NCBI RefSeq assembly: GCF_036321535.1
Contig: NC_087462.1
Coordinates: forward strand, 15,562,001-15,626,000
Origin: Camelus dromedarius
Lineage: Eukaryota
Length of the DNA: 64,000 nucleotides
Reading direction: 5' to 3'
The position numbers were made by a program, and so were the translations under genes. Below, one piece after another: positions 1 through 12,188 of this stretch. Below the pieces are notes generated by a model, which saw nothing but the letters and a program-made list of their open reading frames with translations, had not been told where the DNA came from and did no database searches. Numbering within the stretch: the stretch's first letter is position 1; every line of letters begins with the position of its first letter.

Positions 1-828
1 ATTTTAGTGATGTGATTATCAAAGTAAACTAGGACTATTCTGAAAAGGGAGACACAAGAAACAACAAACAAAAATTCCTTCTCTCATTCCAAAGGCTCCT
101 TCTAGTTGCATCCTCTCCCAAATTCATCAAAGCTTGTTTTCTGTGTAACAGTGTGGAGGAAAACATGAGTAGAAATGAGAAAAGTGAGTTTGCCTCTGAG
201 ATCTTTATTCTTAATTCAGTGACATGTGTCCTGAGGGACTCCATTTTCTCAACATAGAGACATTTAGTTGAGCATCTACACGGTTGGAATCGCTTTTTTC
301 AGGTATGGACATGTTTGTATAATCAATATGTATCCACTTTTATTTTATAAAAATATATTTTTCCCACAAATCTTCAAGTAAAACTGACTTTCTAGGAATA
401 TGCAATATCTTCTTCCATAGCCTCCCACACTCTCTGGCACCCTGACTCACCCCACATCCTTTCTAGTACTTTGAGGAACTGTGCACCCAAATGCAAGCAC
501 ATGTGTACACTTTTGCTAGAAGGAGGATATCTCGCAAGTTCAAGTTCTTTCCTAGAAAATACAATGGAAAAGAAAGAAGACGTATGGTGAGGGCATGAAC
601 CAGTAAAAGAATGCAAATGTGGGGAACTAAAACTATACAACCATATTGTCCTTCATAGGCTTTCTCTTCTGTCCAGAAGCTTCCAGATATTTCCAGGTGT
701 TTGCACTTGGACAGGATGTTTTCTCCAAGTGCTGAAATGCAGCAGACATTAAGAATATTACCCGTGAAGGCTATTTTTCATAGGTTTTGATTGCTGTAGA
801 AGAACACACCAGCCTACAGTTGAGATTC

Positions 829-1080
829 NNNNNNNNNNNNNNNNNNNNNNNNNNNNNNNNNNNNNNNNNNNNNNNNNNNNNNNNNNNNNNNNNNNNNNNN
901 NNNNNNNNNNNNNNNNNNNNNNNNNNNNNNNNNNNNNNNNNNNNNNNNNNNNNNNNNNNNNNNNNNNNNNNNNNNNNNNNNNNNNNNNNNNNNNNNNNNN
1001 NNNNNNNNNNNNNNNNNNNNNNNNNNNNNNNNNNNNNNNNNNNNNNNNNNNNNNNNNNNNNNNNNNNNNNNNNNNNNNNN
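829..1080. other. N block (252 nt) in unique sequence
   Basis: Run of N; flanks are not repeat-like; no TSD or poly-A/T at the edges. Confidence 0.95.
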
Positions 1081-3265
1081 CTACCGACAACTCTCTCTAT
1101 CTTGTTGATTCAGTGTTACTCAACACCAGTAAAAGATGTTTTCTAATATGATATAAAAGCAAAGAATTGCTTGTTACCTAACTCTGTACCAAGTCACAAA
1201 TATATTTAACCTTCTTTGTTCTATGACTATAGAGCACTGTGTTATAAACAAAGGGAGTATCTGAAAAGATTTTAAGGACCTTAGAGAACTGTACTTTCTA
1301 AAAACAACCCCAAACATTTCCTAACAATATTTAGTCCATGAAAGGATATCTTTCAGGATTCAGAGAGCTGAATGCCTGTTTCACCTTGTGACAGAGTTAG
1401 CTTTCTTACTAATTTCAGTTCTTTTCAGTTTCACATCCATTTCATTTTGCTAAGGTCTAAACCAGGCATATCAAATAATCTGAAAGTACAGAGTTGTTTT
1501 CCTGTTTTGCAGGCATGTTATGTGAATTGTTCAGAGAGAAACCAAACTAGCATTCCTTATTCTTATTTTTTAGATTTCAGATCATTAAACAAACGAAGCT
1601 CCAGAAATTATTTCAAATGATTCCTGTAGAGATTACATATTCAGAGTTTAAAACTCAATCTATCTTTATACTATTATCAGTGCACTTTAAAGGAAACAAT
1701 TCATTCTTTAACCTTCCTGGTCTTTTTCATGCTTCTGAACTCACCAAATAAATCAATACAGGTTTTTACTTTAATTTTAAAAAGAATTGCTGGAAAACCT
1801 TGTCTTCTAATATGAGTTCTAAGAATACTTTCTAAACTGAAAATATAACATACCTGAGAATATTTTTATTAATCGTATTTACATTTTCAAAACTGTTTAA
1901 AGTTGAGGACTATCAGGTAGTTGAAAAGAACGTTGAAAACTGATGACATTTTTTATCATAAAGATGTAAAATTAGAAATTTCAAGCAACTTGTTTTGAGG
2001 TGGGTGATTTTTCTATCATATGCTACTTCCAAAAATGTTTCTAAAGACATTGATTTAAAAAAAAACACCTTCTATTGAACAATATAGTTTGCAGTTGAAA
2101 CTGAAGACATGTTCATTGGTTTTTACTCCAGTTAACATCTCAATTATGCACCAACAATTGTCAACATCTAAAACGTTATTTAGGTAAGAGAGAGAAACCT
2201 CTACCAGGAGGTAGGATTTCTCTAATAATGTTGGCGTAGCCCTCTTGAATTCATAGGGCTTTTCAATAAAGTCACATACACACACTTCACAAAATACCCA
2301 CTGAAGTGGATTGATTATACTTCCTGAATTGTCTCGGTATTTACAGTACATTAGGATGCCTTGCACGTATATTACCTGTAGCAGGAAGAAAGTGGCAAAT
2401 GTTGAATAACTACTTCCTCAGTCAACTTACAACGGAGTCACAGTATCCTATTTAGCTATGAACCCTCTTTTTTCCTTATAAGGAACATCACTCATGGTCA
2501 TGAAAAATCAGAACCTATAAAATGTTCTGCAGGGCCTTTTGAAAACGATTCTCATTTATGGGTTCATTTTAAATCATATTTAATAAAATTCTGTCTTAAA
2601 AATAGATGGGCTTTGTTTGATAACCAGAATTATCTTTATTGAAATATGATTTGATGTATTTCAATAAATGAGGTTTACACTATTGCAAGTGAGACAACTG
2701 AGTATCCATTCAGAAAGGCTGCCGATGTGAGGAATGAGATACAAGATGGAAATTAAGAAAGGTCATTCTGCCAGCCACAGGGGAGGGAATGAGAGGGGGA
2801 GAAAAGGTTGTATACATACTTCCAACCATAGGACATAAGAGACCATTTCTCCGAATCAGCACCAGAGTTAAGGGTGAGAATTTTTTGTAGGCACTACTAA
2901 TTTCATACCCATCTTCTTTCCTCCTTTTTAAAAAAATCATGTCAACTTGTTCTGTTGGATTTTTCTCAGGCCCCTCAGCCTGTTATAAATAGCATTTGGT
3001 GTTAGCTATTAACCATGCTGGAAAATATGAATTACTATGTTGATAGTGATCTTGAGTAAGTGATCTTTCCCAATCCATGAATATATTCTGCTAGATAGAA
3101 GTATTTCTTTAAGGTTTTATGGACCCAGTTGCTGAATTAGAGTTGGTTTATTGGAAAAACCATTTAAATTAGCTTCTTTTGTTTAAAAAGTTATGTGTTG
3201 AATAGCTGGGAGCCAGGAAGTGATTTCACAAAGGAAATATAAATGTATTGTGATTAATTTAAGCA

Positions 3266-3405
3266 NNNNNNNNNNNNNNNNNNNNNNNNNNNNNNNNNNN
3301 NNNNNNNNNNNNNNNNNNNNNNNNNNNNNNNNNNNNNNNNNNNNNNNNNNNNNNNNNNNNNNNNNNNNNNNNNNNNNNNNNNNNNNNNNNNNNNNNNNNN
3401 NNNNN
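3266..3405. other. N block (140 nt) in unique sequence
   Basis: Run of N; AT-rich flanks carrying TAAT motifs. Confidence 0.95.
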
Positions 3406-5956
3406 GCTCTTTTAGAAGTAATAGAAAATTTCTGTCAGTGATGGACTTAACACAGTGGATAACCTTTTCATTAGGCAATTATGTGTTTCAGTCCACAGGA
3501 CATTCAGTATATATTTTTGTTGTACTTTTTCAGGTGTCAGTGACCCCCATTTCATAAAATTTAAGTCACACTGAGGTTTTAAACATCTGAAGAAAATCAA
3601 TAGATGAGGCATTGAAGACTATTATGTCTCCTCTGAAATATTTTTTATTCTCTCTTTAAAAAATTTTTTTTTATTGCTCAAAGTTCCACCTCAACATCAA
3701 AAAACTCATTGAAAACCTGGGTGATAATTACCCATGTCTTGGATTTTACAGTAAAGCGCTTTTGTATCTTTGTAGCATTTGAAGTTCTAATCCACTTGGT
3801 ACAATACCCTAGGAAAGAAAGCAAGGAATGTAAAACCACACCAGTCCATTGAGAAATGTTTTTAAAAAGGGGGGAAAAAAGGTATTACTCTAAGTTGAGC
3901 TTTATTACCATCACAATCAATAGAAACAAATTTGTAGTCACAGTTCACCTTAAGTGACACTAATTAAAAAGAAAATGGAGAGTAATTAATGTGTAATTAA
4001 ATTGCAATTTCTAATTACTTTATTTGGGCTATTAGGAACTTACTATTTAGGCTTTCAAGACAAGCTAGTAGATTTTGTCCAAATCTAACTTAAAATATGT
4101 TTAAACAGTACAGAGAGTTTGGTATTGCTTTAGAGAGTAGGTCCAAAACCAGTGAGTAAAAATTATAAAGGGCTTATGCATTAAATCAGAACATTAAAAA
4201 AAAAAAATGGACCCATCTGAAAGTGAAATGAACTGCCCGCTGTAGACAGAGGGTCCTCACCACTGGAGATAAGCAGGGAAAAGTGTGATGACTGATAACA
4301 CTCACCTGACCTGTGATAACAGGCAAGCTCTAAGATTGCACAGGTGGAAATTTGGACCAGGAGGCTTAAGACTGTGTAAACATAAGTTGCTATAATTGTA
4401 TGGTTCTCATAACTATACAATTACATATTGGACCGAGAGTTTTCCAGGCGTGTTCTGTATTGTCTGAACTCGCTCTCACAGTACTTGCTAAAGTTATAAA
4501 TGAAGATGATTCTGTGTCCACCTAGTCCTTAAAGTAACTCATGTGTCTCTTACCACTATCCTCACGGAAAAGCAAGAGCAAAAAGAAAACAAACGATTTT
4601 AAGGATAACCGTTTGTGCCTCATTATATAAACAGATCCAGAACTCATTCCCCTTCTTTGGAAACTTTCAGCAGCAGATTGGGACAGAGGGTTGTTATATG
4701 AGATGCTTAAGCAGGTGTCTCTGACCTGGTTCTAGATCTTAGCCACAGGGTTTAGCAGTTTCCCAGAATCATTCTGTAACTCACAGAAAGCCGTGCAGTG
4801 TCTTCATAAATTATCAGAGTTTTATTTCAGTGAGTTAATTGAAGATGTCTGCACTGTGGGTACTCAGTAACAGAATAGCTGAGTTATAGAGAGGGAGAGA
4901 TGAGAACATACCAGCCAACCCCAGATCTCCTAAGGGAGATTGACCCTCTGGTCTTGGGAAGGATGATTGCAATAACAGCTTTCCCCAAGTGAGGAAAGTG
5001 TAGAACTCTGGCTTGAATGGTGAAGCACGGCCATCACACATTGTCACCATCAGTCTGCGAGATATTTCAAATAGCTCTTCTTCAAAAGTACATCTGTTAG
5101 CCTTTGTTTGTTTGCAAGGAAATTGAGAATAAAAAAAAAAAAAAGAGGTTTTTTTGTTGTTCTTCTGTTTTGTTCGTAACCATGGGGTAGAATTCAAAGA
5201 AGAGCTGGAAAATGCCAAGCAATTGAGCACTGGGAAATACAGGAACCAGGATGTCTCTGATGGATCTAGAAAACAGGATTGAATGGATTGCCACACAGGG
5301 CAACAGCACGAGAGAATTAGCTCCTCCAATTGTCCTCTTTTGTGTTACCCCGCTTGGAATTCAGATGTCTAGGAGACACAGTGCGTGTCTGGCCTTGGGT
5401 TGCGTGTTTCTCCTCTGGCCCGGCAAGGTCAGGGCTCTTCAGTGTCAAGGCCAGCACCACCCTGTGAAGGCAGTTCCCTCGAAAATCTGTATCCTCTTAT
5501 TAAAAGAGGAGGAATTGGATGTCGGGCAGGGAAAATAAACAGCTACCAAATAAATAGAGAACAAAAGAAAAACAAGAACACTTGTCTACAAATAGGAGCA
5601 GAAAAATAGGCTTTCTGCATTCATTCCACAGAGTGTCTGAGGAGTGTGAGACACTCTGCTCACATGAAAACAAGCTTGTCTTTCACACAGCTGCCTGCCA
5701 GTGAGGGACCCATTCTGAAAAGAGACCTTTCACTTTTGGTGGTCATTTCACATTAAGACTAGACGTCCGTATCTATGTCCACTGTGTTACTTTTCTCTGG
5801 TTGAGGATCTTCCTTTTCTCATTTGAGATTTCTTTTTTTTTTTAAAGAAATGTTCATGTTCAAATGACTGTAAATTGCAGGAGACAGAAGGCTTCAGTCT
5901 CACCCTCAGCTTCAGGCTGTTTTCTCAGTGACCAGTATCAGGATACACAGTATATT

Positions 5957-5960
<4 letters not shown>

Positions 5961-6016
<56 letters not shown>
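5961..6016 (+). repeat. (CA)28 microsatellite
   Basis: Perfect dinucleotide run read directly. Confidence 0.98.
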
Positions 6017-6017
<1 letters not shown>

Positions 6018-6329
6018 CATCAGCATCATGATAACATCATGGAAGATATTAGAACATCTACAATCCAGTTTTCTAGTCTTGATTACCATTCTTCTTTAGT
6101 AAGAAATGAAAGAAGAGGCTAGGTTATGATGCCAGAAACAAAGCTGATTCAAATTAGGCTGAGCACAAGGAGAGAAATTTGGAGGAGACAGCAAGGTATC
6201 TTATAGCAACTAGAGTCAAGAACTCAACTGAGTCTCTTGATGGACAGCTGAGGACTGGGAAGCAAAACTCACATCACCACCACCTAACACTCAAGGATCT
6301 CCTTCCCTCATCTTCTCTGAGTCCTAGAT

Positions 6330-6460
6330 GAGATGACACTTCAGTGAGGGCTCCCCTGATTTTTCCAGTAAAACTGAAGTACCGCCCTCTCTCCCACTGC
6401 AGTGCTCTCTAACTCTCTTCTCTGCTTTCCTTTTCTTCCAAAGCACTCAACATCTGTATC
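6330..6460 (+). mobile_element. L2 LINE 3' fragment (degenerate)
   Basis: ttcagtgagggctcccctga...ctctgctttccttttcttccaaagcactcaacatctg resembles the L2 3' region. Confidence 0.55.
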
Positions 6461-6469
6461 ACCCAATAC

Positions 6470-6565
6470 AGACTAGGCTTTGCTGCTCTAAGAAGTGAGC
6501 TCAAGTATCTTAATGGCTTGTAACAACAATAGTTTGTTTCTCATATCACATGTCCGTCATAGCCC
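6470..6565 (-). mobile_element. Old MLT1 (MaLR) LTR fragment
   Basis: ctaggctttgctgctctaag...atggcttgtaacaacaatagtttgtttctc matches the reverse complement of the MLT1 3' end. Confidence 0.55.
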
Positions 6566-6862
6566 ACTACACTTTTGCTCTGTGTGGATACACACACAAA
6601 CGTGTACACATAAGTACATGTGTATATGAGTGTGAATACTAAATTAATTTAGTTTTAATTTAATTAATTTGAAATAAAAAATTTCAGCATTTGTAGCAGA
6701 ATATTGGCTAGGACTCTTCTGGTTTTCCAGGGATTGTGGTAGAGGACAGAGTCTCAGTGGGAATTCAAAGAATTGTGCATTTCATGTACTAAAAAGAGCT
6801 GCTAAGGAGCTCCTAGCTTGTGGGCCAGAAAACCCAAGGTTAACCACCTATAAACCTATATT

Positions 6863-6996
6863 GGAAGGGAGTGTATAGCTCAAGTGGTAAAGTGCATGCT
6901 TAGCATGAGGTCCTGGGTTCAATTCCTAATAACTCCATTAAAAAAAGCAAACAAACAAACCCAATTACCTCCCTTCTCCCTCCCCACCTCCCCAAA
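6863..6996 (+). mobile_element. tRNA-Ala-derived camelid SINE (Vic-1-like)
   Basis: gtatagctcaagtggtaaagtgcatgcttagcatgaggtcctgggttcaattcc is a tRNA-Ala(AGC)-like head with A and B boxes; followed by an A-rich tail and ccaattacctccc. Confidence 0.85.
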
Positions 6997-7164
6997 ATTC
7001 CTAATTAACATAAATTGTACTTTTCCTATCACTAACCCATCCCAGCCCCTTTCTTACTCTCAGTGAACATAAAAAGTGGGTAGGATAAAGGAAAGGGAGA
7101 ATCAGGGTCACAGGCCCTGTTGGAAGTGGAGGATTGGTGGTACAATGATTCCTTCTCTCCACAG

Positions 7165-7225
7165 GGTGTTTCTTCCTTAAAAAGTCAAGTAGGTGTGTGC
7201 TTGAGATGGGGAAAGGTGACGTCAG
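7165..7225 (+). other. Candidate spliced exon (61 nt), product unknown
   Basis: Strong acceptor ttccttctctccacag|G and strong donor CAG|gtgagc; two of three frames open; no recognised protein. Confidence 0.3.
7217..7224. promoter_or_regulatory. Perfect cAMP-response element TGACGTCA
   Basis: Exact 8-bp CREB/ATF palindrome with its CpG intact; function untested. Confidence 0.4.
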
Positions 7226-8039
7226 GTGAGCAAATAAGAAGAGTGTCGGTGAGAAGGAGAAACTAGCATGGCTTCTGTTCCCTGGTGAGACCTCTTCTTA
7301 GATAATAAGCTTACTGGTCTGTGCCCATGACCATCCGAATGGAGGAAAGATAATTGGGAAGACATTTCAGGTGAAATACACTTGAACAGCCTGAATGTCT
7401 GCTGTCTTAGCAAAGATGCGAATTTCCAGTGGTCAGGCAGGCACCAGGGAAGTAGCTGACTTAAGCCCCCCTGCTGGTTCCTCACCCTGAAGGGCCACAG
7501 CAACTTGCCTGGTGTTGGGAGATGGAGAAAAGAGATGGCTTGGAGCCAAAGCTGCCATGTCAAGGGATCAGGCAAACGCTGAGACTGTGGGTCCTTCGGA
7601 AGAATCTATACTTCGGAGAGCCAGGTTAAGGACGCCTGCCACACAGAGGTGCTGATGGTCAGTGTTAGCCAATAACATGATACAGCTACAGCTTCAGGGA
7701 ATTAAAAAAAAAAAAAAGAGTTGACCTTTTCTCTCTTCTTCCCACCCTCACACACTAAATTCATTGAAGCCTACAGGGAGGAGGAGGGAACATCAAGTTT
7801 TGAATCAGTTAAGAGATTAGAATTTTAAAATTGGACAGCCCCAAATTGTGATGTCAAAACTCATCCAGAATGTTACAGAACCCACCCAAGATACTGATAA
7901 ATAGCCACGTAGATGGGCTGTCTGACAGTTAAGGGTGAAGTCAACAACTGGAGAAAAATTAAATCATTTCATTTTTATACATGAGTGATTTGAAGATTTC
8001 TCAAACTTGTTATATATGAAACCAAATAAACATGCCACT

Positions 8040-8590
8040 CCAGCAATCCCAATCCTGGGCATATATCCAGAGGGAAGTCTAATTTTTAAAANNNNNNNNN
8101 NNNNNNNNNNNNNNNNNNNNNNNNNNNNNNNNNNNNNNNNNNNNNNNNNNNNNNNNNNNNNNNNNNNNNNNNNNNNNNNNNNNNNNNNNNNNNNNNNNNN
8201 NNNNNNNNNNNNNNNNNNNNNNNNNNNNNNNNNNNNNNNNNNNNNNNNNNNNNNNNNNTGGATGGACCTAGAGATTGTCATACCAAGTGGAATAAGCCAG
8301 AAAGAGGAAGAAAAATATCATACATCATCACTTATATGTAGAATCTAAAAAAAAAAAAAAAACACACATGAACTTATTTACAAAACAGAAACAAAACTCA
8401 CAGATGTAGAAAACAAACTAGGTCAGGGGGTTACCAGGGGGAAAGGGAGTGAGGAGGGATAAATTTGAAGTTTGCAATTTACAGATACTAACTACTATAT
8501 ATAAAATAAACAACAAGGTCCTACTGTATAGCACAGGGAACTATATTCAATACCTTGTAATAGCTATAATGAAAAAGAATATGAAAAGGA

Positions 8591-8625
<35 letters not shown>

Positions 8626-8702
8626 AAACTGAATCACTGTGCTGTCCACCAGAAATTAACACAACATTGTAAATCAGTTATACTCTATTTAAAAAAAAAA
8701 AA
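8040..8702 (+). mobile_element. Young 5'-truncated L1 (ORF2 end, 3' UTR, poly-A)
   Basis: cagcaatccc..ctgggcatatatcc, tggatggacctagagattgtc, ctgtatagcacagggaactatattcaata, aaattaacacaacattgtaaa, then poly-A; internal N block 8092-8258. Confidence 0.93.
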
Positions 8703-9489
8703 GGAAAATGTACTTTTGACACCTAAAGTAAATAAATAAATAAATAAGTGCCACTATTATGCTCAAAGTCTCTTAAAACTTTTCCATTGTCTATGGAAAA
8801 TTATTTTCTAAATTATTTTTCTAAGTAGATGTATCACAAGAAAATGTTGTGTGGTCTGTTAAAACAAGTCATTGTGTGCCATCCTCAATCCAGTGCAGGG
8901 TGGCCTTTTAAAAGCTACAAAAAGTCCTACAGCTAAGACGTCTGTTGACTTTGTTGAATTCACTCTTTCCCCCATTACCATAGGTGCTGTTTTAGCAGTA
9001 TTGATATTAACATCCTGGAAAAAAGTCTACTCTACAAACATCAACTACTTTAAGAAATAATTCAGTGTTTAGTGTCTGTATGTATGATCCTCCACAAGTT
9101 GGTCAGTACCTAAATTCACAGCCTTGCCCACATTCCCCTGCCTTGTTCAGATTATAGCCTATTTCATTGTTCTCTGAATATGTCCTTTATTTCTACTTCC
9201 ATGACTTCTTCCGTTTGACATTTTCATTGTCAATATTATTTATTTCTATTCAAACCCTTCCCACCCTTGTAGTCTTATTTCAAGTGCTACCCTCTAATCT
9301 GTAGCCTTCCCTAATCTAATTAAAGAATTACTTCTTGGTCTTCTCTTCACTCAGAGCACCTTACAGTGCCTTCACTTAACCTACTTCACCCAAGCTACCT
9401 TTTATTATTATTACTGATGTTACTTCTAACACTATAATTACAAGATTACAGAGTGATTATGTGAATCAGACACAACGCTCATTCCTTTG

Positions 9490-9655
9490 TCAAAACAACC
9501 CTGTAAGTAATATTATTATCATCACCTTACAGATAAGGAAACTGACACTTAGGGAGAATAAACAACTTGACCAAGGTCTCAGAGCTAATAAAAGACAGAG
9601 CCGGCAGACTACTCCCAGCCTATCAGAACCAAATCCATGCTCTGAACCACTGTTT
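9490..9655 (-). mobile_element. MIR SINE
   Basis: aacaaccctgtaag...ttacagataaggaaactga...acttgaccaaggtctcagagcta is the reverse-complement MIR core. Confidence 0.85.
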
Positions 9656-10589
9656 CACAATTATTGTTCCTCTTTGTGTGCATGTCTTTCTCTTCCACTT
9701 GATTATCAGCCCTCAGGGGCCAAAGATCATGTTGAGTTCATCTTTATAAACACACTCTGTGCTTAATAAAGCACCTTCTAGATATCCAGGAAACGTGTCT
9801 GGAATTAAATGAAACCCGTATGCTCTCAGCATCACCAAGTAAGGGGAAGGCATCTTCATGAGAATCACTTGTCTATCATTTCAAGGTGCTGGGTTCTTCG
9901 TACTCCACCTGTCACTTCCTCCTTTCGAATTCTTCTCCCAGGGTTTCTCATTATGATGCATCACCTAAGTTCCTTTTAGTTACAACATCTAATGCAACAT
10001 GACTAGAGCAACACGAGCACATAAGCCCCAGAGAACTGAAGAGCAGGGAGGTTGTTTTCTCCACACGGTGGATTTAAGGGAAGTTATAAAAAATATATGG
10101 TAAAGGTCAGCAGTGAACCTCCAAGTTAAGAGCCCTGCTGTGGAAGGGTTCCATCCTTCTTTGTAGGGCACCAAACTGCCGTATTCCCATGGAAATTGGG
10201 TTGAATAAGCCATGCAAGTAGCCCTGATGATTTTTCCAAGAAAATTGCCTTATTAATCTGCATTATGGAAATAGCGCTCCAAGTCAGACCTAACACGAAG
10301 AATTTGGGCTGCATGTGTACGTGGAAAATTGCCTCCTGCGCTTCGCCTCCCAGTGGATCTCGGGGAATTTTCTCAAACTCATTTTCAGGTTCTGCCTGCT
10401 CCTTCAACAATCCCTTCCTCTGAAAACAATCCCCTCTCAAATGACCTCCTTCTAAAACACCCCAGATGCCAACCAGACATGGCAACCAGCTCAGCAGTTC
10501 AGTGACCCCAAATAAATGTTTCGTGGGGACTAGGTCTCCAGGCCAGGGAGAAATCAACCTAAAAAAAAACCCCAGAAAAGTCAGTACAA

Positions 10590-10832
10590 TGTAGTGGTTA
10601 GCTTAGCCACGTGCATCGTGGAACCCTGCAGACCTGGGCTCAGATTCTGGCTCTGTCCCTTAGTAACTGTGACGTGGGGGACTGAAATGTGCTCTCTGAG
10701 CCTCACTGTGTGAGTACGTAGAAAAGTTAATAGTAAAATTCTCCCTTCCTCTCCTTAGAGTTACTGTGAAATTAAATTAGGTATTTGTGAGTGTGTGTCT
10801 TAACACAAAATAAACCTCAGTAAATAATAGCT
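10590..10832 (+). mobile_element. MIR SINE
   Basis: tagtggttag...cctgggctcagattctggctctgtccctta...ctctctgagcctca...ctcagtaaataatagcta. Confidence 0.75.
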
Positions 10833-12188
10833 AATAGATTTTGTAATAATGTTTTACATTAAAGTGTACGATACTTTCTGTATTACCTGCAGAATGTCTT
10901 CTTTCAAAAAAAAAGTCAGTGGGTGAAGTCAGCTTAAAGAAGAAGCCTAACAAAAACACCAAAAATCATACATTAGGGACACCTCCCCAATTTTTACCTT
11001 GAGGGAAGGAGTGATTTTTCAGATTACAGAAAGCAGACTATGAACTCCCTCTTCATTCACTTCTATATCTTAGTTCCCTTGTCAGTTTCTAAGGCTACAG
11101 TGGATCAGAATTAAAGACTGATTTGATGTTGCAAAGTGAAGGAAACGTTTCTCCAACAAAAACACTTTATTACTACCTTTCGCGTCCTAAGGGCAGGCAG
11201 GCAGAAACAGCCTCGTGAGTTCCAAATTCCACTGGCTGTAGGTTTTTGCTCTCTTTCTTAGCAAATCTTCTTTGACTCTTTCTTATATGAAAGCAAGAAG
11301 GTCATTAATCACTCTTTTATTTAAAAAAGACAATATCATAAACATCTTTTGAATATGCTAATTTTATACTCAGCTTTAAACATCTGCATTTGTGGGCTTT
11401 GTCCCAGATAGAATAGATTCTGTGTATCATTGTTTTAAATGTGTTTACTGATGTGCTTGGAAATTGTGAAACTGATATACCCCAGAATAGTGGTGATCTA
11501 TGATTCTAGGCTGTCCACCTTATATTTAAAATTTAATGGTAGATCTTGGAGGAAACGTTCAGGATATTTTCAAAATCACTTACACTGTGAACTATTGTAC
11601 TTTCTGCATTCTTCCCATTTTCTTATCGGTTTACTGCTGAAAAAATAATGAAGGGAGAGAGAGGCCAGTAGATCTAAGAACATAAAGATGATATAACTGG
11701 GGGGGGGATAAAGAAAAGGGGAACAATGCAAAGATTTTAAAAAGAAAAAGAAATAAACTGAATCAAAGTATATGGAATATAAAAAGGAGAAAAAACATGG
11801 GGAAAGATAATTGTGCTAAATAAATTGCCACTTAAATTTCTGGTTCCTGAAAATAAAGAGGCTTTACGTGGTCCTAGGAAGAAGTTTCTTCAGCCCCCTT
11901 TCCTCAAAGATTTTGCTTGTGCTTATTCAGTGGCTCTAACAAAATAAGGATGCTTTTGAGTTGTTGATCGATGCAAATGTGGCTTAATAACAGAATCATT
12001 ACTTTTTAAACCTTGGATCTGCCAGTCCCCACTGTTTTCAGCAGAACATCAAGTTGTTCGATTACAGGCTGCCATTCCTAATTGTTTTTTAAATTTCGTG
12101 GGACATATCTCGTTCGGGGAGTTTTGTTCTTCGGCAATAGATTTTTGTTAAGTCCCCACTTTTTAGAGCTTTATGTGGTTAAACTTAC

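Noticed and set aside
1083-1128. Teneurin NHL-like peptide TDNSLYLVDS
   Set aside because: Only a 5-residue resemblance; teneurins are near-invariant in mammals and the rest does not match
2055-2366. 103-aa minus ORF as a gene
   Set aside because: No recognisable domain; several ORFs of this length are expected by chance in six frames of 64 kb
6863-6940. tRNA-Ala gene
   Set aside because: Anticodon arm has a deletion, the acceptor stem is broken and an A-rich SINE tail follows; it is a SINE head. The same applies to 38849-38930.
7463-7478. CTCF site
   Set aside because: Reverse reads CCAGCAGGGGGGCTT; the extra G and missing GC tail break the core. 45003-45018 also lacks the CC start.
10126-10557. 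143-aa minus ORF
   Set aside because: No recognisable homology or splice support; GC-richer DNA has fewer stops
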